NCBI GenBank assembly: GCA_951406725.2
Contig: OX597819.1
Coordinates: forward strand, 83,266,001-83,330,000
DNA from: Octopus vulgaris
Lineage: Eukaryota
Length of the DNA: 64,000 nucleotides
Direction of reading: 5' to 3'
Shown here: positions 63,290 through 64,000 of the stretch, in pieces
How the letters are laid out: the number at the start of each line of letters is the position of its first letter
How positions within the stretch are numbered: position 1 is the stretch's first letter
Notes under the pieces: generated by a model
Database searches by the model: none
Seen by the model: the letters and a program-made list of their open reading frames with translations, nothing else
What the model was told of the DNA's origin: nothing
Program-made: the position numbers and the translations under genes

Positions 63290-63810
63290 ATACTGTTGGT
63301 ACGACAGAATGGAAAAAGGTGTGCCGACAGACACTCGTGCTAATCCATGAGGCGGGCAAGACCGGCAGCGGTAATACCACCTCGGTATTCTATAGAGGGC
63401 TGGTAGAGTTTAAGAGCGATGACGTCCTTGGAGAAACTCTGGGGCTCGATGAGAGCCAGCTAACCAACCTGTTTCATAGAACTTTCAGGCCGGGGTACTC
63501 GGATAACTACCAGAAATCCCTGACCTGGCAGTGCTACAGGAGCGCGTTACCTGTTCGCAACAAATTGTCTAGGCATGGAATGTCTGTGTCACCGGCATGC
63601 CCAAGGTGCGGGCAAGACCATGAAACCGATCTGCACACTCTTGTACAGTGCTCGGAGCTTTCGGGCTTGATAATTTACGTAGAACACGTGTTGTCGCATC
63701 TAGGAAGAGTACAGCTATCTGCTGAGTTCTATGATAGCCACTCGGACTATCAAAAGAAGGTGAGGCATTTTTTTTATGTACAGCTGCAGTGTTGAAAGAG
63801 TTTGTATGGA
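63290..63810 (+). mobile_element. L1/Tx1-like LINE 3' fragment (zf-RVT)
   Basis: WQCYRSALPVRNKL...CPRCGQDHETDLHTLVQC zinc knuckle. Confidence 0.75.
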
Positions 63811-63931
63811 GCCATGATAAATCTCCAACATCCGAAACTTGGAGTTTTATCATGGCTACCGAATAATTGTCACTGAATAATTGTCACTGAATAATTGTCA
63901 CATATTACATTTACATATATATGTGTGTATA

Positions 63932-63996
<65 letters not shown>

Positions 63997-64000
63997 GTCA

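Overview
AT-rich eukaryotic genomic DNA, packed with microsatellites, SINEs, LINEs, Penelope-like elements and DNA transposons. The SINE families and repeat landscape look like an Octopus/coleoid cephalopod genome (inference). There is no prokaryotic operon, rRNA, true tRNA or CRISPR. Almost all ORFs in the supplied track are microsatellite or transposon artefacts. Reading splice signals by hand on the minus strand reveals one host gene the ORF track mostly misses. It has 13 short coding exons (61451 down to 12133, 1097 coding nt, about 365 aa; the 5' exon or exons lie upstream, probably outside the window). All junctions are canonical GT-AG and the frame stays open throughout. The protein has six tandem ~50-61 aa Cys-rich modules (C-x5-7-C-x10-15-C-x8-C-x5-11-C-x11-14-C), each encoded by a phase 1-2-1 exon pair, and ends in a GPI-anchor-like signal. 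Its introns carry several hammerhead ribozymes linked to Penelope-like elements. One has an intact core, lies on the gene's sense strand (56493-56537) and sits inside a 352-nt retrozyme-like tandem unit. Transposon boundaries are approximate unless TSDs or TIRs are quoted.
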